Made by a program: the position numbers and the translations under genes. From positions 1 through 59,029 of the forward strand of contig JBNJCV010000001.1 of NCBI GenBank assembly GCA_051744245.1: 59,029 nt of DNA, in the 5' to 3' direction. Origin of the DNA: Actinomycetota bacterium (lineage in GTDB: Bacteria; Actinomycetota; Humimicrobiia; Humimicrobiales; Humimicrobiaceae). The notes under the pieces were generated by a model. That model did no database searches, had not been told where the DNA came from, and saw nothing but the letters and a program-made list of their open reading frames with translations. Every line of letters starts with the position of its first letter. The first letter of the stretch is position 1. Shown here piece by piece: positions 1 to 9,879 of the stretch.

Positions 1-68
1 TAGCAGATTGAGTTAGTAATTGGCTGTATCATTTAATATAATAATAGCCCAAATATGAAGGTGATGGC

Positions 69-1358
69 ATGTTCTTAGACGAGGCAAAAATTAATATAAA
101 AGCAGGTGATGGAGGAGACGGCCTGGTCAGCTTCCATAACCTTAAAAATAAACGGAAAAAAATTGCCAGTGGTGGCAATGGAGGGAAAGGCGGGGATGTA
201 ATAATAAAAGCAACCAACCGTTTGAGCACCCTCTTCCATTTCCAGAAAAAGATTCATTTTAAAGCCGAAAGCGGCAGGAATGGAGAACCCAATAATAGAA
301 CTGGCAGTAATGGCAAAGACCTGGTAATAGATGTGCCGGTAGGGACCATAATAAGGGATTTAAAGGGTACAGTAATTGCAGATCTGGATAAGGAAGGAAG
401 CCAGATACTGCTGGCAAAAGGCGGCAGGGGAGGAAGGGGAAATGCGGCTTTTACTTCCCAGGCCAGGAGGTTTCCCTCATTTGCCGAAAAAGGGGAAAGG
501 GTAGATGAACGGTGGATTAAGCTGGAGCTGAGGCTGCTGGCAGATATAGGTCTGGTTGGATTTCCTAATGCCGGAAAATCCACCCTTATAAGTAAAATAA
601 CTGCTGCCAGGCCAAAAATAGCAGAATACCCTTTTACCACCCTGGTTCCCAACCTGGGAGTGGTAGCTTTAGATGGACAGAGCTTTACTATTGCAGACAT
701 ACCCGGTCTGATAGAAGGTGCCCATAAGGGTACGGGGCTAGGGGATAAGTTCTTAAGGCATGTAATGAGGACAGCATTGCTGATATTCATGCTGGATTGC
801 CAAAAAATATTATATGGTACAGACTTGGCTGACAATTTCGATGTATTAAAAAAAGAGCTTAAAAATTATAACCGCAGGTTGGCCCAAAAGGATTATGTGG
901 TTGCTGTAAACAAGGTTGACTTAATAAGTGATGAGGATGTATTAAATAATTTAGAAAAAGAATTAGAAAAAAGGACAGATAAAAAAATATTCTTTATCTC
1001 TTGTGTTACTGGGTATGGAATAAGCAATTTGGTGGATTACATGGGTAAAAAAGTATTAAAGGCCAAAGAAAAGGCGGAAAGCAAGGCTGCTCCCGGCAAG
1101 AAGGTTGTATATGATGTGAAGACCACGGGAGCCGCAGATGACAGGATAATTATACAAAAGAGAGGGCAGGACTATATTGTCAAAAACAAAAAACTGGAGA
1201 AAATGGTACAGATGACAGACCTTGAAAATGAGGAGGCCTTAAATTATTTGATGCACAGGTTCAGGAAAATGCATGTCGGTGATAGAATAAAGAAATTAGG
1301 AGTAAAAGAAGGCTCCAATGTCATAATAGGAAACCTTGTTTTTGAGCTTAAGGAATGA
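69..1358 (+). CDS. obg: GTPase Obg/CgtA
   Basis: 429-aa ORF. It has the Gly-rich Obg N-domain (KAGDGGDG..GGNGGKGGDV), G1 GFPNAGKST, G3 DIPG, G4 NKVD and a C-terminal extension domain. Confidence 0.95.
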   Translation: MFLDEAKINIKAGDGGDGLVSFHNLKNKRKKIASGGNGGKGGDVIIKATNRLSTLFHFQKKIHFKAESGRNGEPNNRTGSNGKDLVIDVPVGTIIRDLKGTVIADLDKEGSQILLAKGGRGGRGNAAFTSQARRFPSFAEKGERVDERWIKLELRLLADIGLVGFPNAGKSTLISKITAARPKIAEYPFTTLVPNLGVVALDGQSFTIADIPGLIEGAHKGTGLGDKFLRHVMRTALLIFMLDCQKILYGTDLADNFDVLKKELKNYNRRLAQKDYVVAVNKVDLISDEDVLNNLEKELEKRTDKKIFFISCVTGYGISNLVDYMGKKVLKAKEKAESKAAPGKKVVYDVKTTGAADDRIIIQKRGQDYIVKNKKLEKMVQMTDLENEEALNYLMHRFRKMHVGDRIKKLGVKEGSNVIIGNLVFELKE

Positions 1359-1359
1359 T

Positions 1360-2493
1360 ATGGAAGACAGGAAGAAATATTTAAATAATATAACAAGCAT
1401 GGTAATAAAAATTGGATCAAGCAGCCTGGCATCTGAAAGTGGGGGCATAGATATTGGTAATCTGGAAAAATTTACCGATGAGGTCAGCGAAGCTGTAAGC
1501 AGGGGCATAAAAATTATTATTGTCACCAGTGGTGCTATTGCTGCTGGATTGCAGCACTTAGACATTAAAGGAAAACCCAGGGAGATAAGCGTGCTGCAGG
1601 CTGCAGCCTCTGTAGGCCAGGTGGAGCTTATGAGCATCTACGGCAATTTATTGACCAGGCACGGCATAAAAATAGGCCAGATACTGGTAACCCAGGAAGA
1701 CACCACCAGGAGGGAGCAATACCTAAATATAAAAAACACCATTTCAAACCTTATGGAACTGGGGATAGTACCGGTTATTAATGAAAATGACAGTGTTGCA
1801 GTGGATGAAATAAAGTTTGGGGACAATGACGTATTGGCTGCTCTGGTAGCCAGCCTGATAGAGTCAGATCTTCTGGTGATACTATCAGATGTAGATGGGT
1901 TGTATGACAGGAGTCCCAGCCAGGACGGTGCAAAGGTGGTTCCCATGGTGAAAAAGGTTACAGGGGAAATTGAACAGGTAGCCGGGGGCATAGGTTCAAT
2001 ATATGGCTCGGGGGGTATGGCTTCAAAGATAAAAGCAGCAAAAATTTGTTCTTATTCCGGCATTGGCATGGTTATAGCCAATAGCAGGGAAAAGGTAGTA
2101 ATAGGAAAAATACTGGATGGCATGGATATAGGAACTTTCTTTGTGCCTGAAAAAGAAAAGAAGGTAAAGAGTGTAAAAAGATGGATTGCTTTTGGAATGA
2201 GGGCCAAAGGCTCGGTGGTAATAGATAAAGGGGCAGAAAAAGCAATCGTAAAAAATGGCAAAAGCCTGCTCCCGGTAGGAGTGGTAAAGGCCAGCGGCAA
2301 TTTTAACCGGGGTGATACCCTGAAGGTATACTCAATGGACAACCAGCTGATAGCCAAGGGAATCAGTAATTTTTCTAAAAAAGAGCTGGCCAGGGTTAAG
2401 GGCAAAAAAGAGAACCAGGTAATTGCGGAATTAGGAGAATCTACTTCTTGCGAAGTAATCCACAGGGATTGTATGGCGGTTTTTAAAAGTTGA
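1360..2493 (+). CDS. proB: Glutamate 5-kinase with C-terminal PUA domain
   Basis: The ATG at 1360 lies 1 nt after the obg stop; the ORF track starts at 1336 inside obg. Amino-acid-kinase fold (VIKIGSSSL, NENDSV, GDNDVLAA) plus a PUA-like C-terminus. proA follows. Confidence 0.92.
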   Translation: MEDRKKYLNNITSMVIKIGSSSLASESGGIDIGNLEKFTDEVSEAVSRGIKIIIVTSGAIAAGLQHLDIKGKPREISVLQAAASVGQVELMSIYGNLLTRHGIKIGQILVTQEDTTRREQYLNIKNTISNLMELGIVPVINENDSVAVDEIKFGDNDVLAALVASLIESDLLVILSDVDGLYDRSPSQDGAKVVPMVKKVTGEIEQVAGGIGSIYGSGGMASKIKAAKICSYSGIGMVIANSREKVVIGKILDGMDIGTFFVPEKEKKVKSVKRWIAFGMRAKGSVVIDKGAEKAIVKNGKSLLPVGVVKASGNFNRGDTLKVYSMDNQLIAKGISNFSKKELARVKGKKENQVIAELGESTSCEVIHRDCMAVFKS

Positions 2494-2545
2494 TAGTTTA
2501 ATTCCTTTATATTATATTATTTAGAAAGTTAGAGGAGATTTTAAT

Positions 2546-3805
2546 ATGGGTGACATAGTATTAGAAATAGCCAAAAAAGCAAAGGAGTGTACCTCTTTTA
2601 TAGCTACTGCAAACACATCAGAGAAAAACAGGGTATTAGAGGGTATAGCCAAGAATTTAGTTAAGAATGCAGATGAAATAATTAAGGAGAATAAAAAGGA
2701 TATCTCCAGGTCTAAAAAAGAAGGGATATCAGAAAGCCTGCTTGACAGGCTCACTTTGGACAGGAAAAGGATAGAAAAAATTGCTGGCAGCATTAGCCAG
2801 GTTATAGAATTTACTGATCCGGTGGGGGAGGTAATATTTGGTTATAACCTCCCTAATGGGATTAGATTAAAAAATATAAGGGTTCCCCTGGGGGTGATTG
2901 GCATTATATATGAAGCCAGGCCCAATGTTACCATTGATGCAGCGGTTTTATGCCTGAAGGCTGGAAATTGTGTGATACTCAGGGGTAGCTCATCTGCACT
3001 TTCCACTAATATTAAATTAGCCGGGATAATGAGAGACACACTGAGAGAAAATGGCTTTCCCCAGGACATAATTCAGATAATTCCCCAGGCAGAAAGGGAG
3101 CATGCGGTAAGGCTTATGCAGCTGAGGGAATATGTGGACGTGCTGGTTCCCAGAGGGGGAAAGGAATTAATAGGCAGCGTGGTTGACAATTCAAAGGTCC
3201 CGGTTATAGAGACAGGCATAGGAAACTGTCACTTATATGTAGATGATAAACTGGAGGGAATAAATTACGGGGTTATCGAGGACATAGTGGTAAACTCAAA
3301 GACCCAGAGGCCCAGCGTTTGCAATGCGGCCGAAAAATTGCTTGTGCACAGCAAGGTAGCAGCAGAACTGCTCCCAAAGGTAGCAAATAAATTGAAAGGG
3401 CTGGGGGTCAAGCTTTTGGGAGGCAGCAAGGCCGGAAAAATACTTAAAGGAATTAGCCAAATGGAGGAAGATGACTGGTATGAAGAATTCCTGGATTTAA
3501 AAATAGGCATTAAGGTAGTGGACAGCCTGGAAGATGCAGTAACCCATATTAACAGGTATGGTTCCCACCACACTGATGCGATAATTACTTCAAGTTACAG
3601 GAATGCTAATTATTTTACTTCCCTGGTTGACTCGTCCACTGTTAATGTAAATGCTTCCACCCGGTTTACCGACGGGGGAGAATTTGGAATGGGGGCAGAA
3701 ATAGGCATAAGCACCCAAAAACTTCACTGGCGTGGTCCCATGGGTTTGAGGGAAATTACTACTAACAAATTTTTAGTTTATGGAAATGGACAGATACGAA
3801 AATAG
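2546..3805 (+). CDS. proA: Glutamate-5-semialdehyde dehydrogenase (gamma-glutamyl phosphate reductase)
   Basis: 419 aa with an AGAGGAG RBS upstream. ALDH-like fold with the catalytic Cys context RPSVCNAAEKLLVH. Paired with proB. Confidence 0.95.
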   Translation: MGDIVLEIAKKAKECTSFIATANTSEKNRVLEGIAKNLVKNADEIIKENKKDISRSKKEGISESLLDRLTLDRKRIEKIAGSISQVIEFTDPVGEVIFGYNLPNGIRLKNIRVPLGVIGIIYEARPNVTIDAAVLCLKAGNCVILRGSSSALSTNIKLAGIMRDTLRENGFPQDIIQIIPQAEREHAVRLMQLREYVDVLVPRGGKELIGSVVDNSKVPVIETGIGNCHLYVDDKLEGINYGVIEDIVVNSKTQRPSVCNAAEKLLVHSKVAAELLPKVANKLKGLGVKLLGGSKAGKILKGISQMEEDDWYEEFLDLKIGIKVVDSLEDAVTHINRYGSHHTDAIITSSYRNANYFTSLVDSSTVNVNASTRFTDGGEFGMGAEIGISTQKLHWRGPMGLREITTNKFLVYGNGQIRK

Positions 3806-4442
3806 CATATATAAAGCCAAGGGCAAGTGCAGCAAGGTAGGAATAATGGGAGGAACTTTTAACCCCATACATCATGGCCACCTGGTTACTGCCCAGGAAG
3901 CATTAAGCCAGTTCAACCTGGACCTGGTAATTTTTATTCCTGCTTCTAACCCGCCTCATAAAACCAGTGGACCTATTGCCAGTACAGAGGACAGGTATTT
4001 AATGACAGTTATTGCCACAGCTTCCAATAATGATTTTTTTGTTTCCAGGATAGAGATAGACAGGGAGGGAAAGTCATATACCATTGACACAGTCAGGGAG
4101 CTTAGGAAGATTTATGGAAAAGAAGTGTCCCTCTATTTTATAACCGGGGCTGATGCCATACTGGAAATACTTACCTGGAAGGATACTGAAGAAATAATAT
4201 CTTTGACTAAATTCATTGCAGCCACCAGACCTGGTTACAATTTAGCAAAAATTGAAGACTTAAAGGCAAAGCTGTTTAATAGCAGGAGGGAAGGAGATGA
4301 TAAAATCTTTATAATGGAGATTCCCGCCTTGGCCATATCCTCAACTGATATAAGGAACAGGGTGAAACAGAAAAGGCCCATTGATTATTTGGTTCCCGAA
4401 GAGATTAGCCATTATATAATAAAGCATGGATTATATAAATAA
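3780..4442 (+). CDS. nadD: Nicotinate-nucleotide adenylyltransferase
   Basis: GGTFNPIHHGHL (HxGH nucleotidyltransferase motif) and ISSTDIR. The start (3780 or 3786) overlaps the proA 3' end and is uncertain. Confidence 0.9.
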   Translation: MEMDRYENSIYKAKGKCSKVGIMGGTFNPIHHGHLVTAQEALSQFNLDLVIFIPASNPPHKTSGPIASTEDRYLMTVIATASNNDFFVSRIEIDREGKSYTIDTVRELRKIYGKEVSLYFITGADAILEILTWKDTEEIISLTKFIAATRPGYNLAKIEDLKAKLFNSRREGDDKIFIMEIPALAISSTDIRNRVKQKRPIDYLVPEEISHYIIKHGLYK

Positions 4443-5061
4443 CAGGTATTTAGAAAAAAGCCAGGAAAGTTACCTGGAAAGCTTGCTTTCCAGCATGAGG
4501 AAGTTAATGTCCAGGGATTTATATCTTCATACAACCGGCACCCTTAAATTTTCTGCAAAATTGTCAGATAAATATATTTTTGGCAAAGAAATCAACAAAT
4601 CAAATATTGATACTTTTTTAAAACTTTGTATTTCCAGTATACTGCATGATTATGGTAAAATATTTAAATATGAGGAACTTAAAAATATTGCAGTTAAGAA
4701 TAACCTTGGTTTAAGTGAATTTGAGATTGGGTGTAGGCCAATATTGCATAGCTTTGTTGGTGATTATTTAGTAGCAAGGGATTATAATATAAGGGATACA
4801 GAAATTTTAAAAATTATAAAATATCATACTATAGGTTATTGTGATATGAGCCTCTGGCACAAAATTTTATTTATTTCTGATAAAATAGAGGAAACAAGGA
4901 ATTACGGGAGTGTTGATGATTTGAGAAAATTATCCTTCAAGAGCTTAGATCTATGCTTACTTGAAGTTTATAAAAATAATATAATATATAATGTTAACAA
5001 AAACAATTTATTGCATCCTAAAACAAGTGTAATTTGGAATAATATCTGTGGAGGTAAGTAA
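4426..5061 (+). CDS. yqeK: HD-domain phosphohydrolase, YqeK family
   Basis: HD motif LHDYGK, about 210 aa. It overlaps the nadD end and follows nadD as in Bacillota synteny. Confidence 0.8.
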   Translation: MDYINNRYLEKSQESYLESLLSSMRKLMSRDLYLHTTGTLKFSAKLSDKYIFGKEINKSNIDTFLKLCISSILHDYGKIFKYEELKNIAVKNNLGLSEFEIGCRPILHSFVGDYLVARDYNIRDTEILKIIKYHTIGYCDMSLWHKILFISDKIEETRNYGSVDDLRKLSFKSLDLCLLEVYKNNIIYNVNKNNLLHPKTSVIWNNICGGK

Positions 5062-5062
5062 A

Positions 5063-6820
5063 ATGTCTTCAGATGAAAATAATAATGAACATGGCAAAAA
5101 AAATAGCAAAGACCGTGACCTTGATGATTTTTTCAGCGATGATGACTTTGAATTTGAGGGGCAGGAAGAAAATGAGGAAATGGATGAATCCGGCTACAGG
5201 AGCAGGAGGTCCAGGGACAGGAGAAGAAAGAAGAGGCTTATCGTATCCGCCTTATCGATTTTTTTAATCCTTGCAGTTATAGCAGTAGGGATTGTTTTTG
5301 GCTACCGGTTTATAAAAAACAGGTTCTTTAGCGGGGAAGAGGTAGTCGAAGAGGAAGGTATTACTATCCCTGAAAACCTGGTGCTTGACCAGGACATAAA
5401 CCTCATTTTAGCAGGGGCCAGGGATAATTTACTGGAGCCTGAAATGAATTCAATAATATTGTCCAGCTTTAACAGTACTGAAACCACGCTTACTTCGCTT
5501 TGCTTGCCAGTCAAGACACTGATGGAAATTCCAGGCTTTGGTCTGGAGAGCATTGACAAGTCTGTAGAGTACGGGGGGATGGATTTGCTTAGCCTGACCC
5601 TAGAGAAAGGGCTGGGAGTAGAGGCTAGCCATTATCTTTTAATGGACATAGGAAGTGTAGTAGATACATTAGGGGGAGTGGAGGTTTCTCTTGATGATGC
5701 TGTTACCATAACCCTTGATGACGGAAGTGAGCAGACCCTTGATGCGGGCCTGAACAATATAGATGGATTAACTGCCATAAATTACCTGGAGAAATTCAGT
5801 GGTTCTGAAGGGGCAGTAACTACTGAGGACGTCAAAAAGCAGAAGGCTGTATATAATGCAATAATAGATAAAATAAATGCTGAAACTGGAGAGGAACTAG
5901 CCCAAAATATAAACAATATAAGCGGGTATATAGATACCGACATGAATTTAGAAGATCTGTCCAAGGCTGTTGCTACCTTTTCAAAAATTGAAGCTGCAAA
6001 TGACCAGGTTTACGGCCTGGACATATCATCTGTTGAGCTTGAAGGCCAGACTTTCTACGTTCCGGACATATCCAGGATTGCAGATATATTTTCCACCGAA
6101 CAAGTGGCTGAAGAAGAAATAGCGGAAGCAAACAAGACGGTGAGCATAGTTGTATTTAATGGCGAAGGTACCCCGGGTCTTGCAGGAAAGGCCGGCGATT
6201 TAATTGCAGGAATGGCTTATGGGGACGGAAAAAGCAAGTTTAATGTACTGGAAGTAGGAAATGCGGATAGCTTTGATTATGAGACTACCGAAATAATTAT
6301 ATCTGCCAATGAGCCCCATATTATGGCAGCTGCCGAAGATTTGATGGGCTATTTAGGGGCAGGTAACATAATTACAGAAGAAGGGGCGAGCCAGGCTGAA
6401 GTAACACTGATACTGGGAGAAGACTTTAATATAAATGCCGTAGGAGATGCCGGGTTGCCGGAAGAAGAAACAACAGAAGAAGAAGCAGCAGAGGGAGAAG
6501 CAGAGGATACAGAAGAATTAATTAAGGTGAACATATTAAATGGAGAAGGAACGGCTGGGCTTGCGGCCACTGTTGAAGACATACTGGAGGAAGAATTTAA
6601 TAGTGAAACTAAAGTACTTGAAATTGTGGAAACCAAGAATGCTGACAACTGGGATTATACCCAGAGCACCATTACAGTTTTTACCAATAAGGAAGGGGTA
6701 ACTGAATTGGCCCAGGATATACAGGAACAACTGGGCGTAGGGGTTATTGAGAGTTCAGATAATAATGTAGATAATGTTGACATTAGCATATTACTGGGGA
6801 GTGATTACACAAATCAATAA
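5063..6820 (+). CDS. LytR-CpsA-Psr (LCP) family membrane protein with two C-terminal LytR_C-like domains
   Basis: ATG at 5063 preceded by GGAGG (5050-5054). Highly charged cytoplasmic tail, one TM (LIVSALSIFLILAVIAVGIVFGY) and an LCP-like core (..VEYGG..VVDTLGGVEV). Two repeats follow of the type VFNGEGTPGLAG.. and ILNGEGTAGLAA.. . Confidence 0.78.
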   Translation: MSSDENNNEHGKKNSKDRDLDDFFSDDDFEFEGQEENEEMDESGYRSRRSRDRRRKKRLIVSALSIFLILAVIAVGIVFGYRFIKNRFFSGEEVVEEEGITIPENLVLDQDINLILAGARDNLLEPEMNSIILSSFNSTETTLTSLCLPVKTLMEIPGFGLESIDKSVEYGGMDLLSLTLEKGLGVEASHYLLMDIGSVVDTLGGVEVSLDDAVTITLDDGSEQTLDAGLNNIDGLTAINYLEKFSGSEGAVTTEDVKKQKAVYNAIIDKINAETGEELAQNINNISGYIDTDMNLEDLSKAVATFSKIEAANDQVYGLDISSVELEGQTFYVPDISRIADIFSTEQVAEEEIAEANKTVSIVVFNGEGTPGLAGKAGDLIAGMAYGDGKSKFNVLEVGNADSFDYETTEIIISANEPHIMAAAEDLMGYLGAGNIITEEGASQAEVTLILGEDFNINAVGDAGLPEEETTEEEAAEGEAEDTEELIKVNILNGEGTAGLAATVEDILEEEFNSETKVLEIVETKNADNWDYTQSTITVFTNKEGVTELAQDIQEQLGVGVIESSDNNVDNVDISILLGSDYTNQ

Positions 6821-7181
6821 TAAAAAATTAAAGCAAAACGATATTCTTAGGTCAGTAAAACTGGCGGCAAAGGTAGCTGATGAGAAGAAGGCGGGATACA
6901 TAAAGGTTTTAGACATGAGGGCAAGGCTGGTTATTACTGATTATTTTTTAATTATAAGCGCTAACAACCCTAGGCTTACCAAAAGGATTTATGAAGACAT
7001 CGAAAAAGAGCTGAAAAGCAAAGATCTGTATCCAATTAATGTTACCGGAGCAGGTGAAGGGAATTGGATACTGGTTGATTATGATGATTTTGTGATCCAT
7101 ATTCTTACTAATGATTTCAAGGATTATTATGACCTTGAACGGCTGTGGAGGGATTCAGAAACTATTGAATGGAAAGAATAG
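6801..7181 (+). CDS. rsfS: Ribosomal silencing factor RsfS
   Basis: RsfS-like sequence (AADEKKAGYIKVLDMR..ITDYFLIISANNPRLTKRI..GEGNWILVDYDDFVIHIL). The start is uncertain: GVG at 6801 is chosen here and the open frame begins at 6774; both overlap the LCP gene end. Confidence 0.8.
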   Translation: MITQINNKKLKQNDILRSVKLAAKVADEKKAGYIKVLDMRARLVITDYFLIISANNPRLTKRIYEDIEKELKSKDLYPINVTGAGEGNWILVDYDDFVIHILTNDFKDYYDLERLWRDSETIEWKE

Positions 7182-7192
7182 AAGGAGTAGAG

Positions 7193-9691
7193 TTGGAAAA
7201 AGTAAAAGAAGAAGAAATTTATGATTCACAAAAGATTGAAAAGAGATGGACAAATAAGTGGAATAAGGAAGGAATTTTTTCTTTAAAATCTTCCAAGAGT
7301 AAGCCTAAATATTATGTGCTGGAAATGTTTCCTTATCCTTCCGGGGAACCCCACATGGGACATGCCCGTAATTATACCATTGGAGATGTATTAGCCAGGG
7401 TCTTTGCACGGAAAGGTTACAATGTCCTTCATCCCATAGGATTTGACGCTTTTGGGCTGCCTGCAGAAAATGCAGCCATTAAGAGCGCGATACATCCGAG
7501 GGAAAGTACTATGGCAAATATTGAGAAGATGCGGGTAGCCTTAAAAAGAATGGGCATGAGCTATGACTTCGAAGATGAAATTATTACTTCAAATCCTGAT
7601 TATTATAAGTGGACTCAGTGGCTATTTTTACTCCTATTTGAGATGGGGCTTGCAGAAAAGAAAGAAGCTCCTGTTAATTGGTGTAATTCCTGCCAGACTG
7701 TTTTGGCAAATGAGCAGGTGATAGGAGGTAAATGTGAAAGGTGCGATAGCCCGGTGGAAACCAGGGTACTGTCGCAGTGGTTTTTTAAGATAACCAAATA
7801 TGCCCAGAGACTTTTAGATGACATGGGCATGATAGAGGAAGGATGGCCTGAACGAGCTCTAACCATTCAAAAGAATTGGATTGGAAGAAGTGAAGGGGCA
7901 AGGGTTAACTTCAAGCTTGATGGCAGTGACATAGAAATACCTGTTTTTACTACCAGGCCTGATACTCTTTACGGAGTTACCTTTTTCATATTAGCCCCTG
8001 AACATGAGCTTGTAGACAGTATTGTAGATGAGCAGCATAAAGAAGAAGTAGGCAGGATAAAGGAAATCATAGCAAAGCAAAGCGATATAGACAGGGGTGC
8101 TGAGGATACCGAAAAGATAGGCTGCTTTACGGGAAGATATGTCGTAAATCCCCTGAATGGTGAGAAAGTGCCGGTATGGATTGCAAATTATGTTTTAACT
8201 GGTTATGGTACTGGCGCCATAATGGCAGTACCTGCCCACGACAGCAGGGATTTTGAATTTGCTAAAAAATACGGCATTCCGGTAAGAGAGGTGATTTCAC
8301 CTGACGGCAAGGAGCATAAGGAACTTAAGGAAGCTTATACCGGAGAAGGGGTAATGGTAAATTCAGGGCCATTTAGCGGGAAAGATTCCAGGAAAGGGAA
8401 AAAAGAAATTACCAGCCACCTTGGCCAGAAAGGCTGGGGTAAGTTTGAGGTAAATTACAGGATAAAGGATTGGCTGATATCAAGGCAGAGGTATTGGGGT
8501 GCCCCTATACCTATCGTGTATTGTACTAAATGCGGCACGGTTCCGGTGCCTGAAGAACAGCTTCCAGTAAGGCTCCCTTATAATGTGGACTTTAAGCCCA
8601 CAGGTCTTTCGCCTTTGTCTTATTCAGAAGAATTTGTAAATACCGTTTGCCCTGTTTGCGGAAGTAAGGCTAAAAGGGAAACAGATACCATGGATACTTT
8701 TGTGTGCTCTTCCTGGTATTTTTTGCGGTACTGCAGCCCTCATAACAGTAAGGTGGCTTTTGATAAAAAGGAGGCTGGTTATTGGATGCCAGTAGACCAG
8801 TATATTGGGGGTATTGAACATGCAACCATGCATCTTATATATTCCAGGTTTTTTACCAAGGTCCTATATGATGCTAATTTAATAGATTTTAAAGAACCTT
8901 TTACAAGATATTTTCCCCATGGTGTAGTCAACCTGGGGGGAAAGAGGATGTCTAAATCCAGGGGTAATTTAGTCAGCCCCTCAGAAATCTATAATACTTA
9001 TGGCTCAGATACGCTTAGGTTATATATACTTTTTATGGGTCCTGCTGATTCTGCAGTAGATTGGAGCGATGAAGGAGTAGAAGGAGCAAACAGGTTTTTA
9101 GGCAGGGTATGGAGGCTTGTCCAGGGCAATATAGAGTTAATGGATTCAAGCAGCGGTATAAAGTCGGAGGAAGAATTAAAAAACCAACAGCTTAAAGGGG
9201 CGGAGAAAGAGGCTTTTAGGAAACTCCACCAGACCATAGAAAAGGTTACAGAAGATATACTGGAAAGGTTTAATTTTAATACGGCAATAAGCTCAATCAT
9301 GGAGCTTGTAAACCTCATGTATAAACATGAAGGAAAGATAAAAAACAGTTTATTGGTAAACGAGCTTACCGAAAAGCTTTTAATACTGCTTTCCCCCATT
9401 GTTCCCTTTATAACGGAGGAACTTTGGTCTAAGATGGGGAAAAGAGGGAGTATTCACAAAACTCCATGGCCTGAATTTGATCCAGAGGTAGCCAAGGAAG
9501 AAACAGTAACTATTGTATTCCAGGTAAATGGAAAGCTAAGGGATAAGAAAGATCTGCCCGTTGGATTGGCTGATGAAGAAGTAAAACAGCATGCCCTTTC
9601 TTCTGAAAGGATACAAAAATTCACCGAAGGAAAGGAAATTGTAAAAAGTATAGTGGTGCCCAATAAATTAATTAATTTTGTGGTCAAGTAA
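7193..9691 (+). CDS. leuS: Leucine--tRNA ligase
   Basis: HIGH-type motif PHMGHARNY and KMSKS motif KRMSKSRGN. TTG at 7193 has RBS GAAGGAG 5 nt upstream; the alternative ATG at 7169 has no RBS. Confidence 0.96.
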   Translation: MEKVKEEEIYDSQKIEKRWTNKWNKEGIFSLKSSKSKPKYYVLEMFPYPSGEPHMGHARNYTIGDVLARVFARKGYNVLHPIGFDAFGLPAENAAIKSAIHPRESTMANIEKMRVALKRMGMSYDFEDEIITSNPDYYKWTQWLFLLLFEMGLAEKKEAPVNWCNSCQTVLANEQVIGGKCERCDSPVETRVLSQWFFKITKYAQRLLDDMGMIEEGWPERALTIQKNWIGRSEGARVNFKLDGSDIEIPVFTTRPDTLYGVTFFILAPEHELVDSIVDEQHKEEVGRIKEIIAKQSDIDRGAEDTEKIGCFTGRYVVNPLNGEKVPVWIANYVLTGYGTGAIMAVPAHDSRDFEFAKKYGIPVREVISPDGKEHKELKEAYTGEGVMVNSGPFSGKDSRKGKKEITSHLGQKGWGKFEVNYRIKDWLISRQRYWGAPIPIVYCTKCGTVPVPEEQLPVRLPYNVDFKPTGLSPLSYSEEFVNTVCPVCGSKAKRETDTMDTFVCSSWYFLRYCSPHNSKVAFDKKEAGYWMPVDQYIGGIEHATMHLIYSRFFTKVLYDANLIDFKEPFTRYFPHGVVNLGGKRMSKSRGNLVSPSEIYNTYGSDTLRLYILFMGPADSAVDWSDEGVEGANRFLGRVWRLVQGNIELMDSSSGIKSEEELKNQQLKGAEKEAFRKLHQTIEKVTEDILERFNFNTAISSIMELVNLMYKHEGKIKNSLLVNELTEKLLILLSPIVPFITEELWSKMGKRGSIHKTPWPEFDPEVAKEETVTIVFQVNGKLRDKKDLPVGLADEEVKQHALSSERIQKFTEGKEIVKSIVVPNKLINFVVK

Positions 9692-9879
9692 GCCGGATAT
9701 TGTATTTAAAACCACATACTCTTCGCCAGTTTGCACCCTAATTATTTTAGCCTTTGAATCATTAGCAGAAATCAGGTTTTGGTTAGAATTGTTTTTGTCC
9801 TGGTCAATCAAGATATTGAAATAATCAAAATATTTTGATATTTTCTGCCTTAGCATGGGTGAGTTTTCCCCAATATCTC

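Noticed and set aside
9668-9856. A 62-aa minus-strand ORF in the leuS-pseudogene spacer.
   Set aside because: It overlaps the leuS 3' end, has no RBS and shows no family resemblance. It is probably non-coding relic DNA.
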